DNA of 64,000 nucleotides, from positions 23,510 to 87,509 of the forward strand of contig JAAYRX010000220.1 of assembly GCA_012518535.1 (NCBI GenBank), read 5' to 3'. The translations under genes were made by a program, and so were the position numbers. This document shows, piece by piece, positions 30,464-39,219 of this stretch. How positions within the stretch are numbered: position 1 is the stretch's first letter; each line of letters starts with the position of its first letter. The stretch comes from Clostridiales bacterium (lineage in GTDB: Bacteria; Bacillota; Clostridia; Caldicoprobacterales; UBA3941). The notes under the pieces were generated by a model that was given only the letters and a program-made list of their open reading frames with translations, was not told where the DNA came from and made no database searches.

Positions 30464-31246
30464 CTATACATCATCTTTGGAAGGATCAGGCGGTTCCATA
30501 TATTGACCTGATAATGTTTGAAGAGTTCTAGGCAGCGCATCTCTGGAATTACCCCATGGCTTGTCCTGGTTTCGATAATCGAATTTTTGTGTATACCATA
30601 ATAGATCGGCTTCTAATTGATCCAAGGTCTTTGTTTGGATGGGCAGAATAGAATCGATCCATCTATCAAACAGTTTAGCGGAAAGGGTTTCGTTTGCTAT
30701 TTTCATAATCAATGCAAAATGATGAAGGCAGAATCCTTTTGATTTTTTCAAGGTCTCGCTGAATTTGTTGTCCTTTTGCCAAAGATAAAGAATTGTATAC
30801 GCATATCTGTTTAATAGGTTTTCCAACCTATCGCATATCATACAGCTATGATGATGGTCGTTTAGCCATTCCAGCAGGGTACTTAGAGGGCTGCCCGATC
30901 CACCACCTTTTCCTGTCAGTTTAGACTTTAAACTAGAAAGAAGCCCTTTTTTTTCTCTCTTTAAGTCTTGGGTAAGCCTTTGAAATTCACCGATTGTTTC
31001 TTTTAGATGTGTGTGAGTGATTAAGGCAAGACCCAGGCGATTTTTTTCGCCATAGAGCTGCATAAAGTGATTACCGCAAAAGCCTATTCTATTCACATCA
31101 ATTCTGGTGCTAGGCTCCATAACTGATCCGCCAAGGAAAAAATCCACATATTTCTTTTCGGAATTATACTCTAATACGCATAAGGGGCATTGATCTTGTT
31201 GGCTATAGGCATCCCATACAGGAATGGTATCTATATGATACTTCAT
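30464..31246 (-). CDS. hypothetical Cys/His-rich protein with an internal duplication (possibly DUF6062-like)
   Basis: Two units, CPLC..FCGNHF and CMICD..FCLHHF. AGGGAGG lies 6 nt upstream of the second ATG (MKYHIDTIP). Confidence 0.55.
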   Translation of the reverse strand: MKYHIDTIPVWDAYSQQDQCPLCVLEYNSEKKYVDFFLGGSVMEPSTRIDVNRIGFCGNHFMQLYGEKNRLGLALITHTHLKETIGEFQRLTQDLKREKKGLLSSLKSKLTGKGGGSGSPLSTLLEWLNDHHHSCMICDRLENLLNRYAYTILYLWQKDNKFSETLKKSKGFCLHHFALIMKIANETLSAKLFDRWIDSILPIQTKTLDQLEADLLWYTQKFDYRNQDKPWGNSRDALPRTLQTLSGQYMEPPDPSKDDV

Positions 31247-31366
31247 TGTCATCCTCCCTGATTTTATACTAAACGCATTGTATCATAAATCAAAAGATAC
31301 CGCCATAAATATAAAACAACGAGCAAGATATAAACAAAGATATTTGTGGGAGGGGAGGATTTGGAC

Positions 31367-32284
31367 ATGCGATATTCGCGGATAAGAAGGGCGAGAAATC
31401 AAAAGCGTTATGCTATTGTTCTCTTGATTGCATTTTTACTTCTGGGAGGAATCTATTTTCTTATGGCTGGTACCATAGGAAAGGCTATCAGCAATATAAT
31501 AACTCCTATTTTAAAACCCAAAGTGGGTTCGCAACAGGATGAGCAAGGCGGGGACACTGCAAATGAGATTGGTTTGGAGGGAGAGGGCACAGAGCTTAGC
31601 CTTCCTCAGGAAGAAAAGCAGGGTAGCCAAGGTCCTCGCATAACTGAAACAATAAAGATAGAAGCAAAGAGTTTTTTTGGAATACAGTTGGGTGCCTTCA
31701 ATAATAGGGAAAATGCCCTGTCCATTGCCAATGAGCTCAAGAAGAAGGGTGCAGCGGGGTATGTACTGGAAGATCAGTTTTCCAGGGTTTTGGCTATTAT
31801 ATTCCAGTCACAAGAAGATACCAGGGCGGTCATGGAACAGCTTAAGGCACAAGCAGTTGAATCTCAAGTGTATGAACTCAAATGCCCCGGAGTAGATATG
31901 GAGATAACTGCTTCAAGTGAAAAAGTGAAGGGCATTGAATCTTCATACCAAATGGTAATGGAGAATTTCGGATTAATAGAATCTATTATAAAGGACCTGG
32001 ATAGGGATAAGATCACTTTGGAGATAGCAATAGAAAATTTAAAGGATATGAGGGATGAGATAAGGATAAAAACAGATCAACTGCAAGCGTATTCGACAGA
32101 TGAAGAGGGGAGTCCGGTTTTATCAGGTTTGAGGAATTTCCTTTCTACACAGGTTGAAAATTTAGATGATATACTACTGGGAAACATATCGGATAGAGTA
32201 GAAATTTCCTCCAAGATAAAGTATACTTATATAGACATGGCAGTTAAGTACAAAAAGTATATGGAAGAAATTGCTAATGGATAG
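31367..32284 (+). CDS. SPOR-domain membrane protein
   Basis: N-terminal TM helix. SPOR-like FFGIQLGAFNNRENALSIANELKKKGAAGYV. GGAGGGGAGGA lies upstream of ATG 31367. Confidence 0.65.
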   Translation: MRYSRIRRARNQKRYAIVLLIAFLLLGGIYFLMAGTIGKAISNIITPILKPKVGSQQDEQGGDTANEIGLEGEGTELSLPQEEKQGSQGPRITETIKIEAKSFFGIQLGAFNNRENALSIANELKKKGAAGYVLEDQFSRVLAIIFQSQEDTRAVMEQLKAQAVESQVYELKCPGVDMEITASSEKVKGIESSYQMVMENFGLIESIIKDLDRDKITLEIAIENLKDMRDEIRIKTDQLQAYSTDEEGSPVLSGLRNFLSTQVENLDDILLGNISDRVEISSKIKYTYIDMAVKYKKYMEEIANG

Positions 32285-32297
32285 GGAGAGATAGTAT

Positions 32298-32645
32298 TTG
32301 AAGATATCAACTATAAAGGACCTGCTTGAGGCAGAGTTAATTGTAGGGGAAGAATTTCTGGACCACGAAGTAGTATCTGCATGCGGGTCTGATTTGATGA
32401 GCGATGTATTGACTTTTGTGAAAGAGCAAACAGTCTTATTAACCGGACTCAATAATCCCCAAGTGATACGCACTGCTGAGATGCTGGATGTTTCTTGCAT
32501 CGTATTTGTAAGGGGGAAAAAACCTGCTCAGGATATTATAAAGATGGCACTGGAGCGTGATATAGTGTTATTGTCCACCGATAACACTTTGTTTGAGGCG
32601 TGCGGTAAACTCTATGAAGGCGGACTCAGAGGAGACATGAGATGA
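32298..32645 (+). CDS. DRTGG-domain protein (115 aa)
   Basis: Small protein with the ..DLMSDVL..LLTGL..PQVIRTAE.. pattern. Paralogous to 34554-34898. TTG start with GGGAGAG upstream. Confidence 0.6.
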   Translation: MKISTIKDLLEAELIVGEEFLDHEVVSACGSDLMSDVLTFVKEQTVLLTGLNNPQVIRTAEMLDVSCIVFVRGKKPAQDIIKMALERDIVLLSTDNTLFEACGKLYEGGLRGDMR

Positions 32646-33082
32646 CTGTGGAATCAAATGCAGGTGTCGGCATGGTCCACAGCTATCAAATCGAGGCAGG
32701 TAATTTTACCAAGGCCGGTGAAGCGGCCAGCAGTATCAAGAGGATTTTAAGGCAATTAGGTGTTGATGCCAATGTAATTAGACGGGTGTCCATTGCCGCA
32801 TATGAAGCAGAAATGAATATGGTTATTCACTCAATCGGTGGGACAATTCAAGTGGCAATAAGCCCGCAAGTCATTGTGTTCAAGGCCATAGACGAGGGAC
32901 CGGGTATAGAGGATGTAAACTTAGCTATGGAAGAAGGATTTTCGACAGCCAAAGATTGGGCTAGAGAATTAGGGTTTGGGGCCGGAATGGGGTTACCTAA
33001 CATAAAAAGATGTTCCGATGATTTTCGCATCCAATCTGAGGTGGGGCAAGGCACCTATTTAGAAGCTAGATTTTTATTATAG
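32642..33082 (+). CDS. GHKL ATPase of the anti-sigma-factor Ser/Thr-kinase type (RsbW/SpoIIAB-like)
   Basis: N-box AAYEAEMNMVIHS, G1 DEGPGIED and G2 GFGAGMGLPN. 146 aa. ATGA-type overlap with the upstream gene. Confidence 0.7.
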   Translation: MTVESNAGVGMVHSYQIEAGNFTKAGEAASSIKRILRQLGVDANVIRRVSIAAYEAEMNMVIHSIGGTIQVAISPQVIVFKAIDEGPGIEDVNLAMEEGFSTAKDWARELGFGAGMGLPNIKRCSDDFRIQSEVGQGTYLEARFLL

Positions 33083-33211
33083 GCATCCCGATCCAGTCAT
33101 TGGCTTGGAGTGCCATAGCAATATACTTAACCTATTTCCAAAAAAATTGGGACAACAAGCAGCCAATTATACATAAAAAGACCTATCTATGTAAAGAGGA
33201 AGGTGATCTAT

Positions 33212-34564
33212 ATGCAGGGGTACTACCATTCCGTAACCTTGGATGAAGACAAGTGCATGGGATGTACCAATTGCATTAAGAGATGCCCCACAGAGGCCAT
33301 TCGGGTAAGGGATGGCAAGGCATATATAATTGCAGAACGCTGTATAGATTGCGGCGAATGTATTAGGATATGCCCATATCATGCAAAAATCGCAGTTACC
33401 GATCCCTTAGATGCGATAGATGATTATAGGTATAAGATAGCTCTACCGGCACCAACTTTATATGGTCAGTTTGAAAACCTAACCAGTATAGACAGTGTTT
33501 TAAATGGACTCAGACTATTAGGATTCGATGATGTTTTTGAAGTCGCCAGGGGAGCTGATTTCGCTACTGAATATACAAAGTACCAGATTAAGCATACTAA
33601 TCCCAAGCGACCTATTATTTCCTCATCCTGCCCAGCCGTAGTGAGATTGATACAAGTCAGGTTTCCTGAACTGATATCAAATCTCGCCGATGTTCAATCA
33701 CCCATGGAGATTGCTGCTCAAATCGCTAAGGATGAATTTAGTAGGAAACATGGAGTGGATATAGAAGAGATAGGTGCTTTTTTTATAACGCCCTGTGCGG
33801 CGAAAGCTACCAGCATTAGGAACCCGTTGGGCACTGAGGAGTCCAGCGTCGACGGAGCTATATCCATCTTGGATATATTTGGTCCTCTGTCATTGGTAAT
33901 GAACAAGGATGATAATCCATGTACGACTATCGGCCTCCGAAAGTCCACCCTTAAGGGTGTGGGATGGGCAAATTCAGGTGGTGAAGGAACTTCACTGGAC
34001 ATAGCCAGCTATTTGGCTGTGGACGGTATTCCCAACGTAATAAAGGTTTTGGAAGAGATTGAAAATGGCAAGCTATCGGATTTGGACTTTTTCGAAGGTC
34101 TGGCCTGTGTAGGTGGATGCGTTGGTGGGCCACTGGTTTTTGAAAATAATTATGTTGCACAGAATAGGTTGAGGAAGCTTATTAGTAAGATTGAAGACTC
34201 TGAACCTATTGATCGCAAAGAATTTAATATGGCTTTGGAGAAGTACGACTGGAAGTTTAATAAGGAGATATTGCCAAAGCCTATCATGAGATTAGATGAT
34301 GATATTTCATCTGCCATAAAGAAGATGGAGGAATTGGAAAGGATATATGCCGATCTTCCCGGGTTGGATTGCGGCTCTTGCGGCTCACCCAGCTGCAGGG
34401 CTTTGGCGGAGGATATAGTAAGGGGATATACTACCGAATTTGATTGTATAATTAAGCTTAGGGAGAAGATAAGAAACCTGGCACGAGAATTCGGCGAGTT
34501 ATCAGACAATCTACCTACAGGAATGGATAGAAGTGACACAGGAGGATTAAAGCATGAGGATTAG
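33212..34564 (+). CDS. [FeFe]-hydrogenase-like sensory protein (HydS-like, no PAS domain)
   Basis: Two ferredoxin motifs (CMGCTNCIKRCP, CIDCGECIRICP). Degenerate H-cluster motifs SSSCPAV, TPCAAKAT and ACVGGCVGGP. C-terminal CGSCGSPSC motif. Confidence 0.75.
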   Translation: MQGYYHSVTLDEDKCMGCTNCIKRCPTEAIRVRDGKAYIIAERCIDCGECIRICPYHAKIAVTDPLDAIDDYRYKIALPAPTLYGQFENLTSIDSVLNGLRLLGFDDVFEVARGADFATEYTKYQIKHTNPKRPIISSSCPAVVRLIQVRFPELISNLADVQSPMEIAAQIAKDEFSRKHGVDIEEIGAFFITPCAAKATSIRNPLGTEESSVDGAISILDIFGPLSLVMNKDDNPCTTIGLRKSTLKGVGWANSGGEGTSLDIASYLAVDGIPNVIKVLEEIENGKLSDLDFFEGLACVGGCVGGPLVFENNYVAQNRLRKLISKIEDSEPIDRKEFNMALEKYDWKFNKEILPKPIMRLDDDISSAIKKMEELERIYADLPGLDCGSCGSPSCRALAEDIVRGYTTEFDCIIKLREKIRNLAREFGELSDNLPTGMDRSDTGGLKHED

Positions 34565-34898
34565 TGATATAATTAGTAAGATACCGCACACCATTTTAGC
34601 AGGAGAAGAATTCTTAAATAGGGAGATCAAATCCGGATATTGCTGTGACCTACTGAGCCGGGTAATGGCCCATGGTCCAAGGAATGGGATATGGATAACC
34701 GTCCAAACCCATGTTAATATTATCGCAATTGCTACCTTACTTGAAATTTCTTGTATTATAATTCCCGAGGATATCAAGGTAGATCCCAATACCATAGAAA
34801 AAGCCAACGAAGAGGAGGTCGTAGTCATCTCTTCACCTTTGACGGCTTTTGAATTGGCAGGATTGCTATATGAAATGGGAGTGGGCTATCAGCAATGA
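34554..34898 (+). CDS. DRTGG-domain protein (114 aa)
   Basis: Paralog of 32298-32645 (..CCDLLSRVM.., ..IIAIATLLE..). Overlaps the sensor gene by 11 nt. Confidence 0.6.
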   Translation: MRISDIISKIPHTILAGEEFLNREIKSGYCCDLLSRVMAHGPRNGIWITVQTHVNIIAIATLLEISCIIIPEDIKVDPNTIEKANEEEVVVISSPLTAFELAGLLYEMGVGYQQ

Positions 34899-35596
34899 GG
34901 ATAGCAGTCGACCTACACATACATTCGGCTCTTTCGCCCTGTGCTGATGATGATATGACCCCTAACAATATAGTAAATATGGCAATACTAAAGAAACTGG
35001 ATGTCATATCCATTACTGACCATAACAGCTGTGACAATGTGGAGGCAGTAATAAAGGCAGCGGACTCCAGATTGATTGTTGTGCCGGGCATGGAAGTACA
35101 GACCAGGGAGGAAGTTCATCTTTTATGCTATTTCAGCTGGCTGGACAAGCTTATGGACTTTGAGGAGGTAATCAATAATAAATTGCCAAATATATCAAAC
35201 GTCCCCAAGATATTTGGCAACCAATTAATAATTGATGATGAGGATAAGGTTGTTGGTGTAAGGGATGAAATGTTGATATCATCAACGGACTTATCAATAG
35301 ATCAAATAATAGAGGAAGTTTGGAGCAGGAATGGTGTGGTAATTCCTGCCCATGTTGATAGACCATCTTACAGTGTCATCTCCCAGTTAGGTTTTATACC
35401 CCATACTCTGGAGGATGGAATGGTGGAAATAAGCGATTATAAGAATGAGCTACTCCGCCAGTACCCTTCCCATAAACTTTTATATTCATCAGATGCCCAT
35501 GAACTAGGGCAGATACTGGAACGAGTTAGTTTTCTAACTGTATGGGATTTATCTGTTTCAGGCATTCTCAAAGCCTTAAGAAACCCCTCAAAATAA
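34895..35596 (+). CDS. PHP-domain phosphoesterase
   Basis: Metal-binding motifs DLHIHS, ITDHNS, PAHVDRP and SSDAH. ATGA overlap with the upstream gene. Confidence 0.75.
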   Translation: MRIAVDLHIHSALSPCADDDMTPNNIVNMAILKKLDVISITDHNSCDNVEAVIKAADSRLIVVPGMEVQTREEVHLLCYFSWLDKLMDFEEVINNKLPNISNVPKIFGNQLIIDDEDKVVGVRDEMLISSTDLSIDQIIEEVWSRNGVVIPAHVDRPSYSVISQLGFIPHTLEDGMVEISDYKNELLRQYPSHKLLYSSDAHELGQILERVSFLTVWDLSVSGILKALRNPSK

Positions 35597-35806
35597 AGCA
35601 TTTATGGATCATTTTTAAATACCATTCTCATATTAGAAATAAAAAAATTGATAATTAAATAACAAAAAGATTCTGAATATTTTATCATTTAATTGTGTTA
35701 GCGGGCACTTCACTGGAATTATAAAGGCATAAAATGCAGATATAAAGCTGAATTTGCCGAAATATGCATGTCAATAAAAATATCTTAAAAATATTTCGTT
35801 AAATAT

Positions 35807-35834
35807 ATGACAAATATAAAAAATGTGTTAGAAT
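35807..35834 (+). promoter_or_regulatory. candidate promoter of the hydrogenase structural operon
   Basis: ATGACA, 16-nt spacer, TG-n-TAGAAT (extended -10). About 130 nt upstream of ATG 35962. The AT-rich context makes this tentative. Confidence 0.35.
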
Positions 35835-35961
35835 GTCCTTGTATTTTTATTTGAATAGAAAAATACGGCATGTCGTAAAAAGCTAACTCTTATTAGGGAT
35901 AGTTTTTAAGGCTTGTCGACAGTAACGATTTTATAGCTATTATATTGGAGGAGGGGACAAA

Positions 35962-36447
35962 ATGTCAGCCATAGATTTAGAGAATCAGGAGAAATTTCAA
36001 CAGCTTCAAAAGGTCATTGACGAATGGAAGGATAAGGAAGGTCCACTTATGCCAGTGCTTCATAGCGCACAGGAGATTTTCGGATGCCTATCCCTGGATG
36101 TACAGAAGTATATATCCAAAGAAATGGATATACCCGTTAGTGATATATATGGGGTTGCGACTTTTTACTCCCAGTTTACATTAAAGCCTAAGGGCAAGTA
36201 TAGAGTTGGAGTATGTATGGGTACAGCATGCTATGTAAAAGGGTCCCAGGCTATATTGGATGAACTTAAAAAGGTATTGGACTTAAAAGAGGGAGAAACC
36301 TCCGAGGATGGACTATTCACCCTGGATGCTACCAGGTGTTTGGGAGCATGTGGTCTGGCCCCCATAATGATGATTAACGATGATGTTTATGGTAGGCTAA
36401 AACCTGAAGATATAAAAGGTATAATAGACAAATACAGGGATAAATAG
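35962..36447 (+). CDS. hydC: NuoE-like [2Fe-2S] subunit of NAD(P)-linked [FeFe]-hydrogenase
   Basis: Thioredoxin-like 2Fe-2S Cys pattern (VCMGTACYVKG .. CLGACGLAP). GGAGGAGGGG RBS. Confidence 0.85.
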   Translation: MSAIDLENQEKFQQLQKVIDEWKDKEGPLMPVLHSAQEIFGCLSLDVQKYISKEMDIPVSDIYGVATFYSQFTLKPKGKYRVGVCMGTACYVKGSQAILDELKKVLDLKEGETSEDGLFTLDATRCLGACGLAPIMMINDDVYGRLKPEDIKGIIDKYRDK

Positions 36448-36449
36448 TT

Positions 36450-37001
36450 ATGCAGGATTTATCGCTGCACATTTTGGATCTTATACAAAATTCTATAGCG
36501 GCGGATGCGAGCCATATTGAACTGACAATATACGAGGATAAGGATAAGAATTGGCTTATCGTCGACATAGAGGACAATGGAAAAGGAATGGATGAAACAG
36601 CTATGAGAAGAGCAACCGATCCATTCTACACTACCCGCTCTACCCGTAAAGTAGGGCTGGGACTGCCACTGTTTACAGCAATGGCACAAAGGTGTGGAGG
36701 TGATGTAGTCCTCGAATCGATTAAGGGAAAAGGAACCAGGATAAAATCCGGATTCCAGCTAAACCACATAGACCGACCGCCTTTTGGGAATCTGGAGGAT
36801 ACCATTACAACCTTGATTCTGTGCAATCCAAAAATAGAGTTCGTATATATCCATAAAGTCAATAACGATGAATTCAAGCTAGACACTAGGGATATCCGGC
36901 AAGTTATAGGGGATATTCCCATCGAACATCCCGAAATAATTAATTGGATTAAATCTTATATAAAGGATGGGCTCAAAGAAATAAATGGAGGTGTCCAATA
37001 G
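36450..37001 (+). CDS. GHKL (histidine-kinase-like) ATPase domain protein embedded in the hydrogenase operon
   Basis: N-box ILDLIQNSIAADA, G1 IEDNGKGMDE and G2 KVGLGLPL. No sensor, DHp or TM region. Confidence 0.7.
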   Translation: MQDLSLHILDLIQNSIAADASHIELTIYEDKDKNWLIVDIEDNGKGMDETAMRRATDPFYTTRSTRKVGLGLPLFTAMAQRCGGDVVLESIKGKGTRIKSGFQLNHIDRPPFGNLEDTITTLILCNPKIEFVYIHKVNNDEFKLDTRDIRQVIGDIPIEHPEIINWIKSYIKDGLKEINGGVQ

Positions 37002-37375
37002 TGAAGACCTTAAAAGAATTGGAAGAGATAAGACAAAGAACGCTGGAATCTGTAAATCTAAGAAAGGACAGAACAGGTGCCAGAGTGGTTGTTGGTATGG
37101 CTACCTGCGGTATAGCTGCTGGTGCGAGACCTATACTCATGACTTTTCTTGAAGAGATTAAAAATAGAAGCCTCAATGATGTAACAGTTACTCAGACCGG
37201 ATGCATTGGTGTTTGCCGTTTAGAGCCAATGGTAGAAGTCTATTTACCCGGTAAGGATAAGGTAACATATGTCAAGATGACACCTGAAAAGGTTAAGAGG
37301 ATAGTAGCTGAACATTTAGTGAATAACCAGGTAGTTCAAGAATTTACAATAGGGGCAACAGAAAAGAATGATTAA
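37001..37375 (+). CDS. thioredoxin-like [2Fe-2S] ferredoxin subunit
   Basis: MATCGIAAGA .. QTGCIGVCRLEP pattern. GTG start overlaps the preceding stop, with GGAGGTG upstream. Confidence 0.75.
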   Translation: MKTLKELEEIRQRTLESVNLRKDRTGARVVVGMATCGIAAGARPILMTFLEEIKNRSLNDVTVTQTGCIGVCRLEPMVEVYLPGKDKVTYVKMTPEKVKRIVAEHLVNNQVVQEFTIGATEKND

Positions 37376-37396
37376 TCGGTAAGGAGGCTTAATAAT

Positions 37397-39193
37397 ATGG
37401 AACTTTATCGTTCTCATGTTTTGGTCTGTGGGGGAACAGGATGCCATTCATCGGGATCAGGAGACCTGATAGATCATTTTAACAGGGATTTAAAGAAGTA
37501 TGGAATAGAGAAAGAAGTAAAGGTGGTTCAGACCGGTTGTTTTGGGTTGTGTGAGGTTGGACCGATTGTCATAGTCTACCCTGAAGGCGCATTCTATAGC
37601 AGGGTCAAGGACGAAGATGTAACCGAGATTGTTTCGGAACACCTTGTTAAAGGGCGTATAGTTAAGCATCTGCTATATCACGACAGTGTAGACGTGGATC
37701 ACGAAATCAGATCTCTGGACGAAGTACCCTTCTATCAAAAACAGATGAGGGTAGCCCTGCGAAATTGCGGTGTTATAAACCCAGAGAATATCGATGAATA
37801 TATTGCCTTTGATGGATATATGGCTTTGGGAAAGGTCTTAACGGAAATGACTCCGGAAGACGTTATAGCCCTCTTAAAAGAATCTGGACTTAGGGGTCGG
37901 GGTGGAGCAGGCTTCCCCGCTGGGTTGAAGTGGGAATTTACCTACAAAGCTAAAGGAGATAAAAAGTTTGTAGCCTGTAATGCTGACGAGGGTGATCCTG
38001 GAGCATTTATGGATCGCAGCATCTTAGAGGGTGATCCCCATTCGGTTATAGAAGCTATGACCATTGCAGGATACACCGTAGGTGCCGATCAAGGATACAT
38101 CTACGTCAGAGCTGAGTATCCCATTGCCGTGGAGAGACTTACCAAAGCTATAGCACAAGCTCGAGAATACGGTCTCTTAGGTAAAAATATACTGGGCACG
38201 GATTTTAGCTTTGATCTGGAACTAAGACTTGGTGCGGGGGCCTTCGTTTGTGGAGAAGAGACTGCACTTCTGGCTTCAATTGAAGGAGACCGTGGAGAAC
38301 CCAGACCAAGACCGCCTTTCCCAGCGGTAAAGGGTCTGTTTGGTAAGCCAACCCTGCTAAACAATGTTGAGACTTACGCAAATATACCTCAAATTATTTT
38401 AAAGGGTTCCGACTGGTTCCAAGGCATTGGTACCGAAAGGAGTAAAGGTACCAAGGTATTTGCATTGGGTGGAAAGATTAATAACACGGGATTAGTTGAG
38501 GTCCCCATGGGGACGACACTTAGGGAGATCATATATGAGATCGGTGGAGGAATCCCCGAAGGAAGGACATTTAAAGCTGCGCAAACCGGCGGCCCCTCAG
38601 GTGGATGTATCCCTGCGGAGCATCTCGACACACCTATCGATTATGATTCCCTTAGTTCAATAGGCTCTATGATGGGCTCGGGCGGTTTGATTGTTATGGA
38701 TGAAGACAATTGTATGGTAGATATCGCTCGCTTTTTCCTGGAGTTTACCGTTGAGGAATCCTGTGGAAAATGTCCTCCATGTCGTATAGGGACGAAGAGG
38801 ATGCTGGACCTCTTAAATAAAATTGCCGAAGGTAAAGGTGAAGAAGGGGATCTGGAGAAGCTGGAGGAATTAGGCGAAGGTATAAAAATAGCTTCCCTGT
38901 GCGGTCTTGGACAATCCGCACCCAATCCCGTGCTGAGCACAATTAAGTACTTCAGGGATGAATACGAGGAACATATAAGGGATAAGAAATGCAGGGCAGG
39001 AGTATGTCAGGCACTGCTTCAATATATCATTATCGAGGACAAATGCAGAAGCTGTGGTCTTTGCGCAAGGGTCTGTCCCGTCAACGCTATTTCCGGCCAG
39101 AAGAAGCAGCCCTATGTTATAGACCAGGATCCCTGCATTAAATGTGGGGCTTGCATGGAGAAATGTCCTTTTGATGCCATTGTTAAAAGATAA
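37397..39193 (+). CDS. hydB: NuoF-like flavoprotein subunit of [FeFe]-hydrogenase
   Basis: N-terminal 2Fe-2S (VCGGTGCHSSG). FMN/NADH site GRGGAGFPAGLKW. ESCGKCPPCR cluster. Two C-terminal ferredoxin motifs. Confidence 0.9.
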   Translation: MELYRSHVLVCGGTGCHSSGSGDLIDHFNRDLKKYGIEKEVKVVQTGCFGLCEVGPIVIVYPEGAFYSRVKDEDVTEIVSEHLVKGRIVKHLLYHDSVDVDHEIRSLDEVPFYQKQMRVALRNCGVINPENIDEYIAFDGYMALGKVLTEMTPEDVIALLKESGLRGRGGAGFPAGLKWEFTYKAKGDKKFVACNADEGDPGAFMDRSILEGDPHSVIEAMTIAGYTVGADQGYIYVRAEYPIAVERLTKAIAQAREYGLLGKNILGTDFSFDLELRLGAGAFVCGEETALLASIEGDRGEPRPRPPFPAVKGLFGKPTLLNNVETYANIPQIILKGSDWFQGIGTERSKGTKVFALGGKINNTGLVEVPMGTTLREIIYEIGGGIPEGRTFKAAQTGGPSGGCIPAEHLDTPIDYDSLSSIGSMMGSGGLIVMDEDNCMVDIARFFLEFTVEESCGKCPPCRIGTKRMLDLLNKIAEGKGEEGDLEKLEELGEGIKIASLCGLGQSAPNPVLSTIKYFRDEYEEHIRDKKCRAGVCQALLQYIIIEDKCRSCGLCARVCPVNAISGQKKQPYVIDQDPCIKCGACMEKCPFDAIVKR

Positions 39194-39219
39194 CCTGGAA
39201 CTTTAAAAGGAGTGAAGAT

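Noticed and set aside
35693-35713. TTGTGTTAGCGGGCACTTCAC, superficially like the general Rex box TTGTGAA-N6-TTCACAA.
   Set aside because: The spacing between the half-sites is 3 nt too long and the left half is mismatched. It was not counted as a Rex site.
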